From contig JAWMAR010000305.1 in assembly GCA_036785375.1 (NCBI GenBank), positions 682,001-746,000 on the forward strand: a DNA stretch of 64,000 nt, given 5' to 3'. Shown in pieces: positions 11,285 through 24,850 of the stretch (the first letter of the stretch is position 1; each line of letters starts with the position of its first letter). Under the pieces are notes generated by a model. That model worked only from the letters and a program-made list of their open reading frames with translations. It had not been told where the DNA came from and ran no database searches. This DNA comes from Leucoraja ocellata (Eukaryota). Position numbers and translations under genes: made by a program.

Positions 11285-12030
11285 TTTAGAGATACAGGGT
11301 GAAAACAGACTCATCGGCCTGCCAAAACACGGCGCACAACGATCACATGTATACTAGTTCTATTCTATACGCTAGGGTCAATTTTACAGACGCCGATTAA
11401 CCTACAAACCTCCATTCTTTGGAATAGACAATAGACAATAGGTGCCGGAGTAGGCCATTCGGCCCTTCGAGCCAGCACCGCCATTCAATGTGATCATGGC
11501 TGATCATCCACAATCAGTAGCCCAATCCTGCCTTCTCCCCATAACCCCTGACTGCTATCTTTAAGAGCCCTATCAAGCTCTCTCTTGAAACTATCCAGTA
11601 AACCGGCCTCCCCCGCCCTCTGAGGCAGAGAATTCCACAGACTCACAACTCTGTGTGAAAAAGTGTTTCTTCATATCGGTTCTAAATGCCTTACCCCATA
11701 TTCTTAAACTGTGGCCCTTGGTTCTGGACTCCCCCAACACCGGGAACATGTTTCCTGCGTCTAGCGTGTCCAAACCCTTAATAATCTTATATGTTTCAAT
11801 AAGATACCCTCTCATCCTTCTAAATTCCAGAGTGTACAAGCCCAGCTGCTCCATTCTCTCAGCATATGACAGTCCCGCCATCCCGGGAGTATGGGAGAAA
11901 ATTGGAGCCACCGGAGAAAAGCCGCCTGGTCACAGGGAGAAGGTACAAACTCCATACAGACGGTAGCCCCAAAGTCAGGATCGAACCCTGGTTCTGGTGC
12001 TGTAAGGCAGCAAACTCTACAGCTGCACCA
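11285..12030 (-). mobile_element. V-SINE split by a nested CR1 3' fragment (about 11425-11888)
   Basis: SINE tail 11285-11425 and head 11889-12030 flank CR1 ORF 11591..11911 (GLYTLEFRRMRGYLIETYKI), which ends in a (TTGTCTA)n-like tail. Confidence 0.85.
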
Positions 12031-12909
12031 CAGCTCCGACTCTTTTTCAGACTGGTGGATAGAGGGGAGATAGCTGGTTGAAAGAGGTGAAGAAAAGGAG
12101 TCCTTCTAGAGCTGGCAAGTAATAGGTGGATACAGGTAAGGAGGGGGTCGATTGGCAGATGTCAGGTGGGAAAAGGAAGGTGATATTAACCGAAAATAGA
12201 CGCGAGAAGTGGAAAAGATAAAGACCCGCACGTCTTTGGAAAGTGTGAAACTGGAGCATGCAGAGTAAACCCATGCGGCGCAGGAAGAATGTGCAAACTG
12301 AAAACAGACAGCGCATGAAGTCAGGATGTAACCGGGTCTTTGGCGCTGTGAGGCAGCGGTTCGACCAGCTGCGCTATTATGAAAATTCCAACAAAAAAAT
12401 ATTTTCCAGGTTCTCTTTCAACTTCAAGTTTATAAATATTATAGCACAATATATAACAAATTCATAGCAGCAATCCGTAATTATATTTTAGATTTAAGTG
12501 ACAACAATGAAACCAGTGATCATTTATAAAGCCTTTTAAAGACCACTGATGCAAAAATGTTGTCAAAACGCTAAATATAGTTTAATTGCCTTTTCATAGC
12601 AACTTGTGAAAATCATGCAGTCTCGGGCTTAATCAACATTTTGGAAATAAAGCAACAAAACAAAAGTTTAATTGGCTGGATTTTGTAGCAGCAATTACAG
12701 CAAAACTCCTGTATATCATCATCACTGTGCAAATTACACCAACTGCGCTTTGTACAGCTAACCAATTACAGCCAATAATTCAGCTACTCTTGACGCAGAG
12801 CTGTTTGCAACCATCTAGTAAAATCATGATAAATTAATTTACTAATGGGAATTTAAGACATTTTAAACAAATCCCCTTGTTAAAGATGTTGACAATGTTT
12901 TGCTTTATC

Positions 12910-13195
12910 AGAGACTTTAGAGATACAGAGTGGGAACAGGCCCTTCAGCCCACCGAGTCCGCTCCGACCAACGATTGACAAGCACTATCCTACACACAAG
13001 GGACAATTTACAATTTTACCAAGGCCAATTAACCCAGAAACATGTATGTGTTTAAAGTGTGGGAGTTGGGAGGAAACTGGAGCACCCGGAGAAAACCCAC
13101 GTGGTCACAGGGAGAATGTACAGGACAATGTGGCTTGCTTTATACGAACACGGGCCTCTGGCGCTGTCAGGCAGCAACTCTACTGCTGTGCCACT
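12910..13195 (-). mobile_element. tRNA-derived V-SINE (HE1-like)
   Basis: Same head, V-domain and tail as the other copies. Confidence 0.85.
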
Positions 13196-13504
13196 GAGGC
13201 TCTCTCAACACATTTTTTGGAACAGCGTACTACTCAATGTTTGCTTAACAAAACCTGATTCTAAAATATTGACTGTTCAATGTGTTTTAATGCCCCAAAT
13301 GTTTCAAGGTATATTCATTTAAAAAATAATTTATATAAAAGATCACATGATATTTCAGCTTCTATCTTAATAGTTTCTCTACCATTATTTATTCTAGTGT
13401 ATCTGGGTGTAGCAGAGAAGTTTTGCATTTATTGCCCATGTCTTATTGCCCTTGAGAAGTTGATCAACAACCACCTTCTTGAATTCATGGAATATAATGT
13501 TGAA

Positions 13505-13770
13505 AAAGGCCTTTCAGCCCTCCAAGTCCATGCCGACCATTGATCACCTATTCACACTGGCTCTATATTATCCCACTTTCTCCCTGCACACTAAGGGCAA
13601 TTTTACAGAGGCCAATTAACCCACAAGTCTTTGGGATATGGAACAAAAACGGAGCACCCAGAGGAAACCCACGCGCTCACAGAATATGCAAACTCCACGC
13701 AGACAACATCTGAGGTCAGGATCGAACCTGCTGTGAGGGGTGGGGGCAGCTCTACCTGTTGTGCCGCCTT
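13505..13770 (-). mobile_element. tRNA-derived V-SINE (HE1-like)
   Basis: B-box GGTTCGATCC on the minus strand near 13720, plus V-domain. Confidence 0.8.
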
Positions 13771-14604
13771 TCTGGTACTCCCACAGTGCTGCTCAGTAGG
13801 GACATTCGAGGCCACAAACCCAGAGACAATGAAGACTGGTGATGTGCTTCAAAATTAAAACATGGAAGGTAACATACAGCTGGAGGCTTTCCTATGTCTA
13901 TTCTCTTTATTCTTCTCTCTGGTGCGATTTGTGAGGTGCTAATGTGCTGGCACATACAGCAACCACTGTCCATCAATGGTACAGAAATGAATGAGGTGGT
14001 TGATAGGGAGCACATAAAGCAAGCCACATTGTCCTGGATAATGTCAATTTTCTAGAGATCTATGGAGATCTTGGCACAAATTGAGATTGTTACATCACAC
14101 TCTCAGCTTGTGCCGTAGAAAAATTGTAAGTTTATGTCATAGGAGCAGAATTAGGCCATTCGGCCCATCGAGTCTACTCAACAATTCAATCATGGATGAT
14201 CTATCTTTCCATCTCAACCCCACTTTCCTGCCTTCTTCCCAGAACAATGGCCACCATTTTAATCAAGAATCTGTAAATCTCTGCCTTAAAAATACCCAAT
14301 GAGTTGGCCTCCACCACCATCTGTGGCAGTAAATTGATAACAATGTTGAAATCCATTAAGATGGCTAGACTAGAGTACAGCTCTTCAGTGCTACCGCTGG
14401 GGCACTGTCTAGTCCTGTATCCTGTGATATGTCCAGTGCAAATTGAATTGGCTGAAGACAGTGATGATGGGATCATCAAAATCAAGAGAGATCACCTGCT
14501 CAGCATATCTGGTTGAAAATGGCTGCAAATGGCTTCCAATTAGCACCACGATCATTGATAATGGAATATTCTGACAGCATGATATCAAAATCTTCTTCCA
14601 CTAG

Positions 14605-14900
14605 TTAGACTTGAGGTATAGCGTGGATACAGGCCCTTCGAGTCCGTGCCAAACAGCGATCACCTCTTACACTAGCTCTATCCTACACACTGGGGACAAT
14701 TTTAGAATTTTACTAAAGCCAATTAACCTACAAACCCGCACGTATCTGGAGCATGGGCGGAATCCGGGGCAGTCGGAGAAAACTCACACGGTCACGGGAA
14801 GAACGTAAATCTCCGGACAGATAACACCCGTAGTGCGGATCAAGCCCAGGTATCTGACGCTGTAAGGCAGCAACTCTACCACTGCACCACCTTGCTGCCC
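14605..14900 (-). mobile_element. tRNA-derived V-SINE (HE1-like), near full length
   Basis: Minus-strand A-box GGTGGTGCAGTGG, degenerate B-box, V-domain and tail. Confidence 0.85.
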
Positions 14901-15959
14901 GACTTAATTATTTAGTTGCCCATCGGCTAACACGACCAGATGTGTTAATAAGAATCCTGATTAATAGTGATCAGGATCTAGTGCATTGATCTTTTGGTAA
15001 GAAATGTACAGATGGGGTGATAGGTCATGTCACAATGAATTATTTCATCATCTATAGGACAGCAACTTCTCACTATATCACTCCGCACCTCAGGTCTTGA
15101 ATTCTTTCAATGACTGCAATGCCTGTACAGTCTCACTGCCTCCTAAGAGTTTGCCGAGAAGACCATCTGCCCATTGGAGGTACAGAATATTTGAACGAGT
15201 TTACACCTTTTCCAACACATTGATGTGCAGTCACTGAAAACTTTGGATGCCTCTCCTTAACTGGGGAATTCATCATCTTTCAGGTCAAATTCAGGAATAA
15301 TAATTGGCAGCATCTGCTCCATTCACATTACACCTATTTTAAAAGCTCCTCTCTGGCTTTAAGGATTGCTGGCTGGCTTCAATTGTGCTATTCACTCACA
15401 ATATTGCCACCCTAATGAGGCGTGCAGCCATTCAAAAGTACATTTAGCACAGGGTTCATACTGCAATCACAGCAATTAGCAGGCAGCAGAGAGTAATTCT
15501 GCATTGAAAGTACCAGGCAATATATTAAATGCTTCACTGTGTTTCACTTTCAATGCTACTAAATTTATTATTTATTTTGGATCACTAACACAAGAACATT
15601 TCTCCAGATTTTAAATACCTCCATTATTTTAAATACCTCCAGATCATCCTTCCAGTTTTCCAAACAAGTGAATACAAGCCACTTTTATGTTGCTTGTTCT
15701 TCAAATATTATTCAAGCAATTCACCACATACATATTCCAAGCCATGTACCATTCCTGAGCGCAGATGCTTATAAGCGCGCAAAATACCTACATCCCAAAG
15801 GCTAACATATAGTATAGAACTGTACAAACAATAGGAAGGATCTGCAGTTTATATTGCAGATAGACAGAAAATGCTGGAGTAACTCAACGGGTCAGGCAGC
15901 ATCTTTGAAGAAAAGGAATAGGTGGCGTTTAGGGGTGTAAACCCTTCTTCAGCACAGGA

Positions 15960-16320
15960 AGGGGTTGGACAGGCTAGATGCAGGAAGATTGTTCCCGATG
16001 TTGGGGAAGTCCAGAACAAGGGGTCACAGTTTAAGGATAAGGGGGAAATCTTTTAGGACCGAGATGAAAACAAACATTTTTCACACAGAGAGTGGTGAAT
16101 CTCTGGAATTCTCTGCCACAGAAGGAAGTTGAGGCCAGTTCATTGGCTATATTTAAGAGGGAGTTAGATGTGGCCCTTGTGGCTAAAGGGATCGGGGGTA
16201 TGGAGAGAAGGCAGGTACAGGATACAGAGTTGGATGATCAGCCATGATCATATTGAATGGCGGTGCAGGCTCGAAGGGCCGAATGGCCTACTCCTGCACC
16301 TAATTTCTATGTTTCTATGA
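15960..16320 (+). mobile_element. Young CR1 3' fragment
   Basis: Highly similar to 61751-62090. It ends in gaagggccgaatggcctactcctgcacc plus (TTTCTATG)n. Confidence 0.9.
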
Positions 16321-16714
16321 ACAGGCACGTCATCCCACAATGTCTGTGCAGAAGCCATGATAAACTTGACATAACTGATTGCATTTGTTATAACTGATCA
16401 CACATCAGAACAGAAATAATTCAAGAAAACTTCAGATGTTTAAAACCTACTGCATTCAGCCCATAGCTGGTTATGCATTACTTCGTGTTTTAAACATTAT
16501 TGTCCATGGTAGGTGTGATAGACAAAATTATTGATATGCTGCTGTTGCTTCCCTTCTGTCTCTGTGCTCATTGACAATCGTTTTCTTGCAAATTTTAGCC
16601 TAAATCATCTCCTTCTGTAGTTTTTCCACCTTCCTTGATCTCTGCAACTCTGGTCGCTGAATAGTTTGAACTGGGTCCAAGTTACAGTAACACCCTCAGC
16701 CTTAATGCAAACAT

Positions 16715-17030
16715 CAGTGGCGCACCTGGCAGAATTGCTGCCTCATGCGCCAGAGACTCAGGATCGATCCTGACCCCGGGTTCTCTCCATGTGGAATTTG
16801 CACGTTCTCTCTACGACCACCTGCATTTCATCTACGTTCTCCGGATTCCACTCACAAACCAAAGACATGTGGGTTTGTAGGTTTATTGGCATCTGTAAAT
16901 TGTCCCCTAGTGTGTAGAAAGTGGATGGGAAAGTGGGATAACATACAACTAGTGTGAATGGGTGATCGATGGGCGGTCGGCGTAGGCTCGGTGGCATGAA
17001 GGGCCTGATTCCATGCTTCATCTCTAAAAG
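16715..17030 (+). mobile_element. tRNA-derived V-SINE (HE1-like)
   Basis: GTGGCGCAC head, GATCGATCC B-box-like motif, V-domain and tail. Confidence 0.8.
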
Positions 17031-17169
17031 ATCTGAATTCCAGAGGCAAGTGGAGAGTGACTGCCCTTGCCTCAAGTTCTCATTTGAAAAATGTGACAAG
17101 GAGCCATGGTTTCAAATGGAACCAAAGGGAACAGTCAATTCTGGTTGAATGCTGAAGGATAATTATCAA

Positions 17170-17515
17170 AAATACATTATATAAAATGAGAGGCATATAT
17201 AGGGTAGGAAGTCAGAATCCTTATCGCAGGGTGGAAATGTCCAACACTAGAGGGCATAGCTCAAACGTGTGAGGGAGAAAGTTTAATGGAGATGTGTGTG
17301 GCAGGTTATTCTTACACAGAGAATGGTGGGGCCTGGAATGCGCTGCCAGGGGTGTGATGGAGGCAAATACGATAGTGGCATTTATTAGGCTTTTAGCTAG
17401 GCACATGGAAGTGCAGGCAATAGAGGGATGTACACACAGATGAGACCCATTTAGCACGATATCATGTATGTCATAATCATTGTGGGCTGAAGGGCCTGTT
17501 CCTGTGCTGTACTGT
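17170..17515 (+). mobile_element. CR1 3' fragment
   Basis: TRGH/FTQR-type CR1 C-terminal remnants and a gaagggcctgttcctgtgctgtac tail. Confidence 0.75.
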
Positions 17516-17829
17516 TATATGTAATAAGACAACCCATGGATATATGAGAAAGCCCAACACAACATTCATGATGAAAAGTAAAAGACGATGTCTCCACCAT
17601 ATAGAAACATAGAAAATAGGTGCAGGAGTAGGTCATTCGGCCCTTCGAGCCTGCACCACCATTCAATATGATCATGGCTGATCATCCAACTCAGTACCAT
17701 ATATACCACGTCCAACATTTTGCTTCTCACATTTAGAAGTGGGCAGTTACAGCAGCCCTCAAAGAGTTCAACACCATCTGGGATAAATAATCTTTTCACC
17801 ACCTGTCACACTTTACATGAGCACAGTGG

Positions 17830-18085
17830 CAGACGGCACAGTGGCGCAGCAGAAGAGTTGCTGCCTTACAGCGCCAGAGACCCGGGTTCCATCCTGACTG
17901 TGGGTGCTGTCTGTCAGGAGTTTGTATGTTCTCCCTGTGAATGCATGGGATTTCTCCGGGTGCTCCGGTTTCCTACCACACTCCAAAGACTGATAGATCT
18001 GCAGGTTAATTGTCCCAAGGGTATAGGATAATGTTAGTTTTTGAAGTGATCACTGTGTCTGTTTCGGTGCTGTATCTCTAAGATA
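17830..18085 (+). mobile_element. tRNA-derived V-SINE (HE1-like)
   Basis: A-box TGGCGCAGCAG, B-box GGTTCCATCC, and V-domain. Confidence 0.85.
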
Positions 18086-18864
18086 AAGTAACGTAAAGCA
18101 AATGCAAAGCAGCCACTTGCCCAAGTTCCTTCAAGAGAACCTCACAAACGTGTTACTTACAAGAATAACAGTGCAAGGATTACTGTACAGGAGTTCTACC
18201 AACAGTAATACCTCACACACTCTAGATCTCAAACACTCCTATTTTTTTAAAAACATATTAACAGTCTGAAGATGGGTCCTGACCCAAAACATTGTCCGTC
18301 CATTCCTTCCAGAGGCTGCCTGACGTGCTGAGTTCGTCCAGCGCTTAGTGTTCTGATCTAGATTTCAGCATTTGCAGTTCCTCATACCTCCATCAACAAT
18401 TCTTAATTGCTGCATGGTATACAGAAAAGTCTTAACCCAGCAGCACCGAAGAGTATCATCATTAGATGCAATGGCTGAAGCCAACAGCCTGTAAGTGGGG
18501 CACTTGTCAGCAATGTGCGCAAATCATGTATGAAAAAATGGTTACCAAAAAATGAAAAGTAATTTGGACATTTCCCAAAGGTTTTTTTTGCCTGCAATTG
18601 CAAACAAACACAATAAACTAAGACAAATTGGTACTTAGAGTAATAGAAAAGCAGCAGAGGTCTGCATTATTAATACTGAGTACCCAGCATAAGTGGTCTT
18701 AGCTATTCATCACATTTTTTGGTTAATATTCCTTTCTATTTTTTAATTATAAAGGAGCACTTCCCATATAAAAGGCATCTATTTATGTGAAGAAAAAGGG
18801 ATATAAATAATAGGAAATATTTGCACTCACACTGCTGCTATTATTTGAAAAGATTAATGTACTC

Positions 18865-19460
18865 CTGTACTTACACTTTCATGTCCTTGTAACCAAAACA
18901 CTTCAAAGCCGATGAATTACCTTTGAAGTGCATATAAAGTTCTATAAAGAACTGCAGCCAATTTGCACAAAGCAAGTTCCTCAAAGTGTAATGAGATAAG
19001 GAGAATAAATAACTCTTTATTTTCCTTGTTCTCCCTCAGAATGTTTACAATTTGCAAACAATAATGTTTTTATCCACCTCATTTGAAATCCTCGGTCTTT
19101 CTTTAATTGGACTTCATTGGACTTTATCTTGCACTAAATGTTACTCCGTTTATCCTGTACCTATACACTTTGGATGGCTTTATTGTAATCACTTATTGTC
19201 TTTCCGCTGACTGGTTAGCATGCCACAAAAGCTTTTCACTGTGCCTCGGTACACGTGACAATAAACTAAACTAACATAAATTTTTGATGTCAATAAATGA
19301 AGAGAGAGCAGGAACCCATTTATGCAGGGAACACAATGCGATTATTATCAGATCATACGAGTTAATTATGTTGGCCAAGAAATAAATATTGAACGATAGA
19401 CTGGGGAAAGTTCCCCAGTCCAAATTCAAGTAGTGGCATGGACTTCCTTATATTCATAGA
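18865..19460 (-). mobile_element. Degenerate Deu-domain SINE (SacSINE-like) remnants, with a plus-strand Rex1-type 3' end at about 19085-19275
   Basis: gcagccaatttgcacaaagcaagttcc and agtagtggcatggacttcctta resemble the reverse complement of the recalled SacSINE/AmnSINE consensus. The Rex-type end is TTTCA-CTGTGCC-TC-GGTACACG-TGACAATAAA(CTAAA)n. Confidence 0.55.
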
Positions 19461-20470
19461 GGTGATTGTAGTTAGCATCAGAACCAGAGAACACAGAGAG
19501 CTTGCACAATATATATAACATAGAATAGTATACCACAGGAACAGGTCCTCTGGACCACAATGCCCTTGCCAAACTAATCTCCTTTGCCTGCACATGATCC
19601 ATATCCCTCCTTCCCCTTTATATTCTTGTGCCTATCTAAAAGCATCTTTAATACCAGTATTATAACTAAGATGATTTTAAGAAATGTAATTTGCCCACAG
19701 ATTAGGGATATCTTTGCGGAAGGACACAGCTATGTAGAAAAGGGGTAAATATGGACGGCACATAGAACTTGGAGCCAGATAATGCAACAGCAGTGTGACT
19801 AAATTTACGGGGTAATTGTTCATCAGCTTGGACTTGGTGGGCTGAAGGGCCTGTTTCCACACTGTATCTCTAAATTAAAACTCTCACAGAAGGAAAGGAA
19901 TATAAATGTTGCAAGTTTTTGAAAACGTGTTAAAACCAAGCTGATGAAGGTATGTTAAAGATCTAAATGTTCTTGAGGTATCCAGCTACAAAGCAATGGG
20001 TCAGTGACTTTCTGATTTATATTCATTGAAAGGAACTCACTAGATTGTATGCATCTTTACTCGACGTGATGACAAATTACTAAGAGTGTGCATGTGCAAT
20101 ATAATATTATTCACATGACATAATACGTTGCGGTTCTACACAGACAACCAAATTGCTTTGTTGCATTACTAAAAAGGCAGTAAATGTCACATTACCAGTC
20201 TTTAAAACAGGTAATATTTCATTAAATCCAAAACAAGATAATTATATAAAATGAGATCAGAATGGAAAAGGAGACATTAAACATCTAATTGATTATCAAA
20301 GAGAGACACAAAAAGCTGGAGTAACTCAGTGGGTCATACAGCATCTCTGAAGTAAAGGGATAGTCAAGTCAAGTCAAGTCACATTTATTTACCTTTTATT
20401 TTAGGTGTCCCTATACCGCCTGTCCCCATACCTCCTTCCTCGAGACAGTTATGGACCCTGCCAGTCCTTT

Positions 20471-20720
20471 CAGGTTAGGTAGAGGTGCTCTTGCACCTCC
20501 TCCAACTTCATCTACTGTATCCATTGTTCAAGATGTGGGCTCTTATACATTGGCGAGACCAAACGTAGACTGGGCGATCGTTTCGCTGAATACCTTTGCT
20601 CAGTCTGCCTGGACCAATCTGATCTCCCAGTTGCCAAACACTTTAATTCTCTTTCCCATTCCCACACTGACCTTTCTGTCCCAGGCCTTCTCCATTTCCG
20701 AGTAAGGCTAAACGCAAACT
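20471..20720 (+). mobile_element. Penelope-like element GIY-YIG endonuclease fragment
   Basis: The frame from 20471 translates ...SSNFIYCIHCSRCGLLYIGETKRRLGDRFAEY...PVAKHFNS, with IYC...YIG and the conserved Arg. A stop lies upstream. Confidence 0.9.
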
Positions 20721-21409
20721 GGCGTGTGCGCGTGTATGTGCATTTGTTTGTGTGTGTGTGCATATGTATACATGCATACATCTATATAAATGTATATATA
20801 TACACAAGTACACACATTTTATCATACACCCATTGCTTCCTTGGAGAATAGGCTTGATAATTAATGAGATGTTATTTGCTTTCTTTTCCATTCTTATCTC
20901 AATGGTTAGAAATGTATTCTTGGTTTGCATTTAATGAAATATTTCTTGTTTTAAAGACCAGTAATTTTACATTTACACACAGACACTATATATGCGTGTA
21001 TATAAAACACCCACGCACAGAAAGTGCAACACATAGATCTTTCATTTGTAACAACTTGATCAGACAGAATTACATTTGGCAAAAACAAACCACATTGTCC
21101 AGAAAGTCCAGTGAAAGTATTTTTTATTAAATAAATTGCGCAGCCATAATGGGAACCATTCATGCAGAGATTATATCTACTGAATATAATTCACTGGGTA
21201 AGAAACTTGTGCCTCAGTCTTTCAAAAATGATGTAAAACATTTAGAGAGGAAACAGCAGGGTAAAAAAAAATCGAACTTGAGTGAAATCCAAATTGAAGG
21301 CAGGATTGAAGAACTTTATCTACTAACAAAGAAAGACAAAGTACAGGTGTAACACAGCAGGTCAGGCAGCATCTCTGGGGGACATACAGAATAAGTGACA
21401 TTTAAGGTT

Positions 21410-22100
21410 GGGACTGAAAGTAAGCATGCAAGTACTGCAGGCAGTGAAGAAAGCAAATGGCATGTACGCCTTCATAGCGAGAGGATTTGAGTATAGAAGC
21501 AAGGAGGTCCTACTGCCGTTGTACAGGGCCCTGGAGAGACCATACCTGGAGTATTGTATGCAATTTTGGCCTCCTAATTTGAGAAAGGACATTCTTGCTA
21601 TTGAGGGAATGCAGCGTAGGTTCATCAGGTTAATTCCTGGGATGGCGGGACTGAAATATGATGATTTAATGGATCAACTGGGCTTTTATTCACTTGAATT
21701 TAGGATGAGAGGGGATATTATAGAAACATATAAAATTGTTAATGGATTGTACAGGCTAGATGCAGGAAAAAAGTTCCCAATGTTGCGGGAGTCCAGAACC
21801 AGGGGGTCACAGTGTAAGAATAAGGGGTAGGCCATTTAGAACTGAGATGAGGAAAAACTTTTTTTACCCAGAGAGTTGTGAATCGGTGAAATTCTCTGCC
21901 ACAAAGGCAGTGGAGGCCAATGTACTGGATGTTTTCAAGAGAGAATTAGAAATAGCTCTTGTGGCTAATGGAATTAAGGGATATGGGGAGAAAGCAGGAA
22001 CAGAGTACTGATTTTGGATGATCAGCCATGGTCATACTGAATGGCGGTGCTGGCTCGAAGGGCCGAATGGCCTACTCCTGCACCTATTTTTCTGTTTTAT
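21410..22100 (+). mobile_element. CR1 LINE 3' portion
   Basis: ORF 21408..21830 (KKANGM..FIARG..LYRAL.RP.LEYC.QFW) and a CR1 3' UTR. Confidence 0.92.
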
Positions 22101-23784
22101 TTTCTATCAAAGATGTATATAGAGACACAGAACTGTCACAGAAAAAGACACAAAGTGCTGGAGTAACTCAGCGGATCAAGCAGCATCTCTGGAGAACATG
22201 GATTGATGACATTTCGGATGGGGCCTTTCTCTGGAATAGCAAAGGTGTGTGCCTATTTAACGGCACGCATTCATCGACCAATATGTCCTTTTAGCAAGTG
22301 GTGCAAGATAAACCTTTTGTGACTAATGCTGTAAATGTGCATTAATAAACAAGGAAATTATGAAAATGCAAAAATGTTCTTAGGAAAATTCATCTTGTAA
22401 TAATAAAATTAAAATTAAGGAAAAATGAGCACTTCTATCGACAAAATACAATTTGACCTAAATTTATTTAAAAATATCATATTTGTCTAACGTAAATCAG
22501 TCAGGAGCCAAGGGGAGAGGATTTTGATGACGCATCAGGTCCCATTACCATGGTATTTTATCTTTGCATCAAATCTCTTTATTGAAGTGAGACTTAGTCC
22601 AGATTTGATTAATTATCTCAAATAATGCAACTCCCTGGTTAACACATCAGAAATCAATGGCAAGAGGTGCCTGCACGTTTCTTCGCAGACAGTAATCAAA
22701 GAATGAAGAGACAATTTGCCCTAAATATATTGACAGATTTGTACAAATGGCAGCAATGGATCGATGTTGCCCGCACACTCCCTTGAAGTACCTAGTTCAA
22801 TAAACTTAGCCTGGTCATTAGCTGGAACCGGAAGTCTGGCCTACGTATTGTCAGGAAGACGACGGCTGGAGGCCTGCAGCAGCCTGGGGCTTGAATAGAA
22901 CAGGCACCGTTTATAACACCTAGAGCATGGACTGGACTCCTAAAATGGTGTCAAAATATGGCCTCTCTTGCACGTGGGATAAGCAGACTATTTCTGTACA
23001 ATTTGTTCATCAGGGATGTGCTTAGGTATGGCAATACTCCATTGGACTGTAAGAAAATAATTTTACTGTGTGTTTGCACTGACAATAAAAGCATCGCTGA
23101 ACCACTGAATAGCGGGCTCCTGAAACACGCAGCCAAGGGTGGGGATGGAAGCAAATACAATAGTGGTGTTTAAAAGGCTTTTAGGTAGGCACATGGATAT
23201 ACAGGGAATGGAGAGATATGGTTCACATGCAGGCAGAGAGGATCAACCTGGCATGTGTAAGAAGGAACTACAGATGCTGGTATAAACTGAAGATAGACAC
23301 AAAAAGCTGGAGTAACTCAGCGGGACAGACAGCATCTGAGAAGGAATGGGTGATGTTTCGGGTCGAGACCCTTCCATTATGGTTGCCACAGAAATATCTG
23401 CTGAAGGGTCTGTTCGTATGCTGTGCCATTCTATTTTCTGTTTATGTTTTTATATTTGTCACTCTGACACGGCTGTTAGAGGTTATGGGGAGAAGGCAAG
23501 AGAATGGGGTAAGGAGGGAGAGGTAGATCAGCCATGATTGAATGGTGGAGTAGACTTGAATGGCCTAATTCTACTTCTATCACTTATGATCTTATGACCT
23601 AATACATACATGCCTAACACAGACAGCTCACTATATTCTCTCGTCTTCAACGGCTAGATATATCACTGTCACGAAAGGCATGATTGTAACCACATAATAG
23701 TTGGGCTGCATTTTTCCACTTAGAAATATGACCTGCAATTTAAGGAGTCAAGTGTATGACACACAAAAAATAACATGACAAGTA

Positions 23785-23945
23785 CAGTGCATTCAGAAGG
23801 TATTCAGACCCCTTAACTTTTTCCACATGTTGTTACATTGCAGCCTTATTGCTGTAATGCATTCAGAAGGTATTCAGACCCTTTCACAAAATGTAACAAA
23901 ATGTGGAAAAAGTGAAAGGGTCTGAATACTTTCTGAATGCATGCA
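23785..23945. mobile_element. Internally deleted Tc1 derivative (second Tc1 family) made only of TIR sequence
   Basis: TA|CAGTGCATTCAGAAGGTATTCAGACCC, a direct partial copy of it, and the inverted GGGTCTGAATACTTTCTGAATGCA. Confidence 0.8.
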
Positions 23946-24659
23946 CCATTTTTGCCTTTCCAAGTTCACCTGTCTATGGAACATAGCTCACTCTCTCTCA
24001 ATCATATGTATGATAACACTTATCTTGGTCCTTTGCAAATTGAAACTGTAAATATTTTCATTTACTCTCTTAACCTCCTGCTCCCTTTCCATTTTTCTCT
24101 AATCAAAAAAACTTTCTTAACTTTTCTATGTTTGCAACTACCCTCAGGTCCATGTCAAAGTCACTGAGTATGTTAGAACACAAAACGTTGGAGTAACTCA
24201 ATGGGTCAGCTAGCATTTCTAGAGGATGTGGATAGGTGATGGTTAAGGTTTCTGAGTATGTTGTTATCTTCATATATGTATACAGATTGGCTGCAATGTG
24301 TCATCTGAATCATTCCACTCAAGTTTCCAAGTCTGCTACTGCATTAAAAGCATGTTAATCAATATAATTAATTAAAACATCTTTGCCTACGACTGAGGGC
24401 ACTAATCGGTACCATCCTGACTGGAAAATATAATGCTGAGTCTTCATCGCTACTTGGCCTGAACCTTGCAACTCCCTGCCAACAGCACTGCAGAAGTACC
24501 TTTATCAGGACGGCAGCAGTTCAATGAGGCAACACTACCATCTTATCATGGGCAATAAATGCTAATCTTGCCAGTAATGCCCAGACTCCAAAAACTAACG
24601 TTAAAAAATATTACTGGAATTTTATAGATTACACAAAATTAACCAATTTTGGAAGAACA

Positions 24660-24850
24660 ATGGACAATGGAGAACCCGGCGTGGGGGGGGGGGGGGGGGG
24701 GGGGGGGGTGAGAACAATGGAGGACTTGGTGTGGGGGCACTTTGTAACTTAGTAAGCACCCTTTATGGGTGTCTATTTGCATACCTTGGGTATATAAGCA
24801 AAGAATTTTACTGTGACCAGTCACATGAGACAATAAAGTATTCATTCAAT
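24660..24850 (+). mobile_element. Non-coding retroposon 3' end with Rex1-type stem-loop and an internal G run
   Basis: TTTTA-CTGTGAC-CA-GTCACATG-AGACAATAAA followed by an (ATTC)n tail. Confidence 0.55.
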
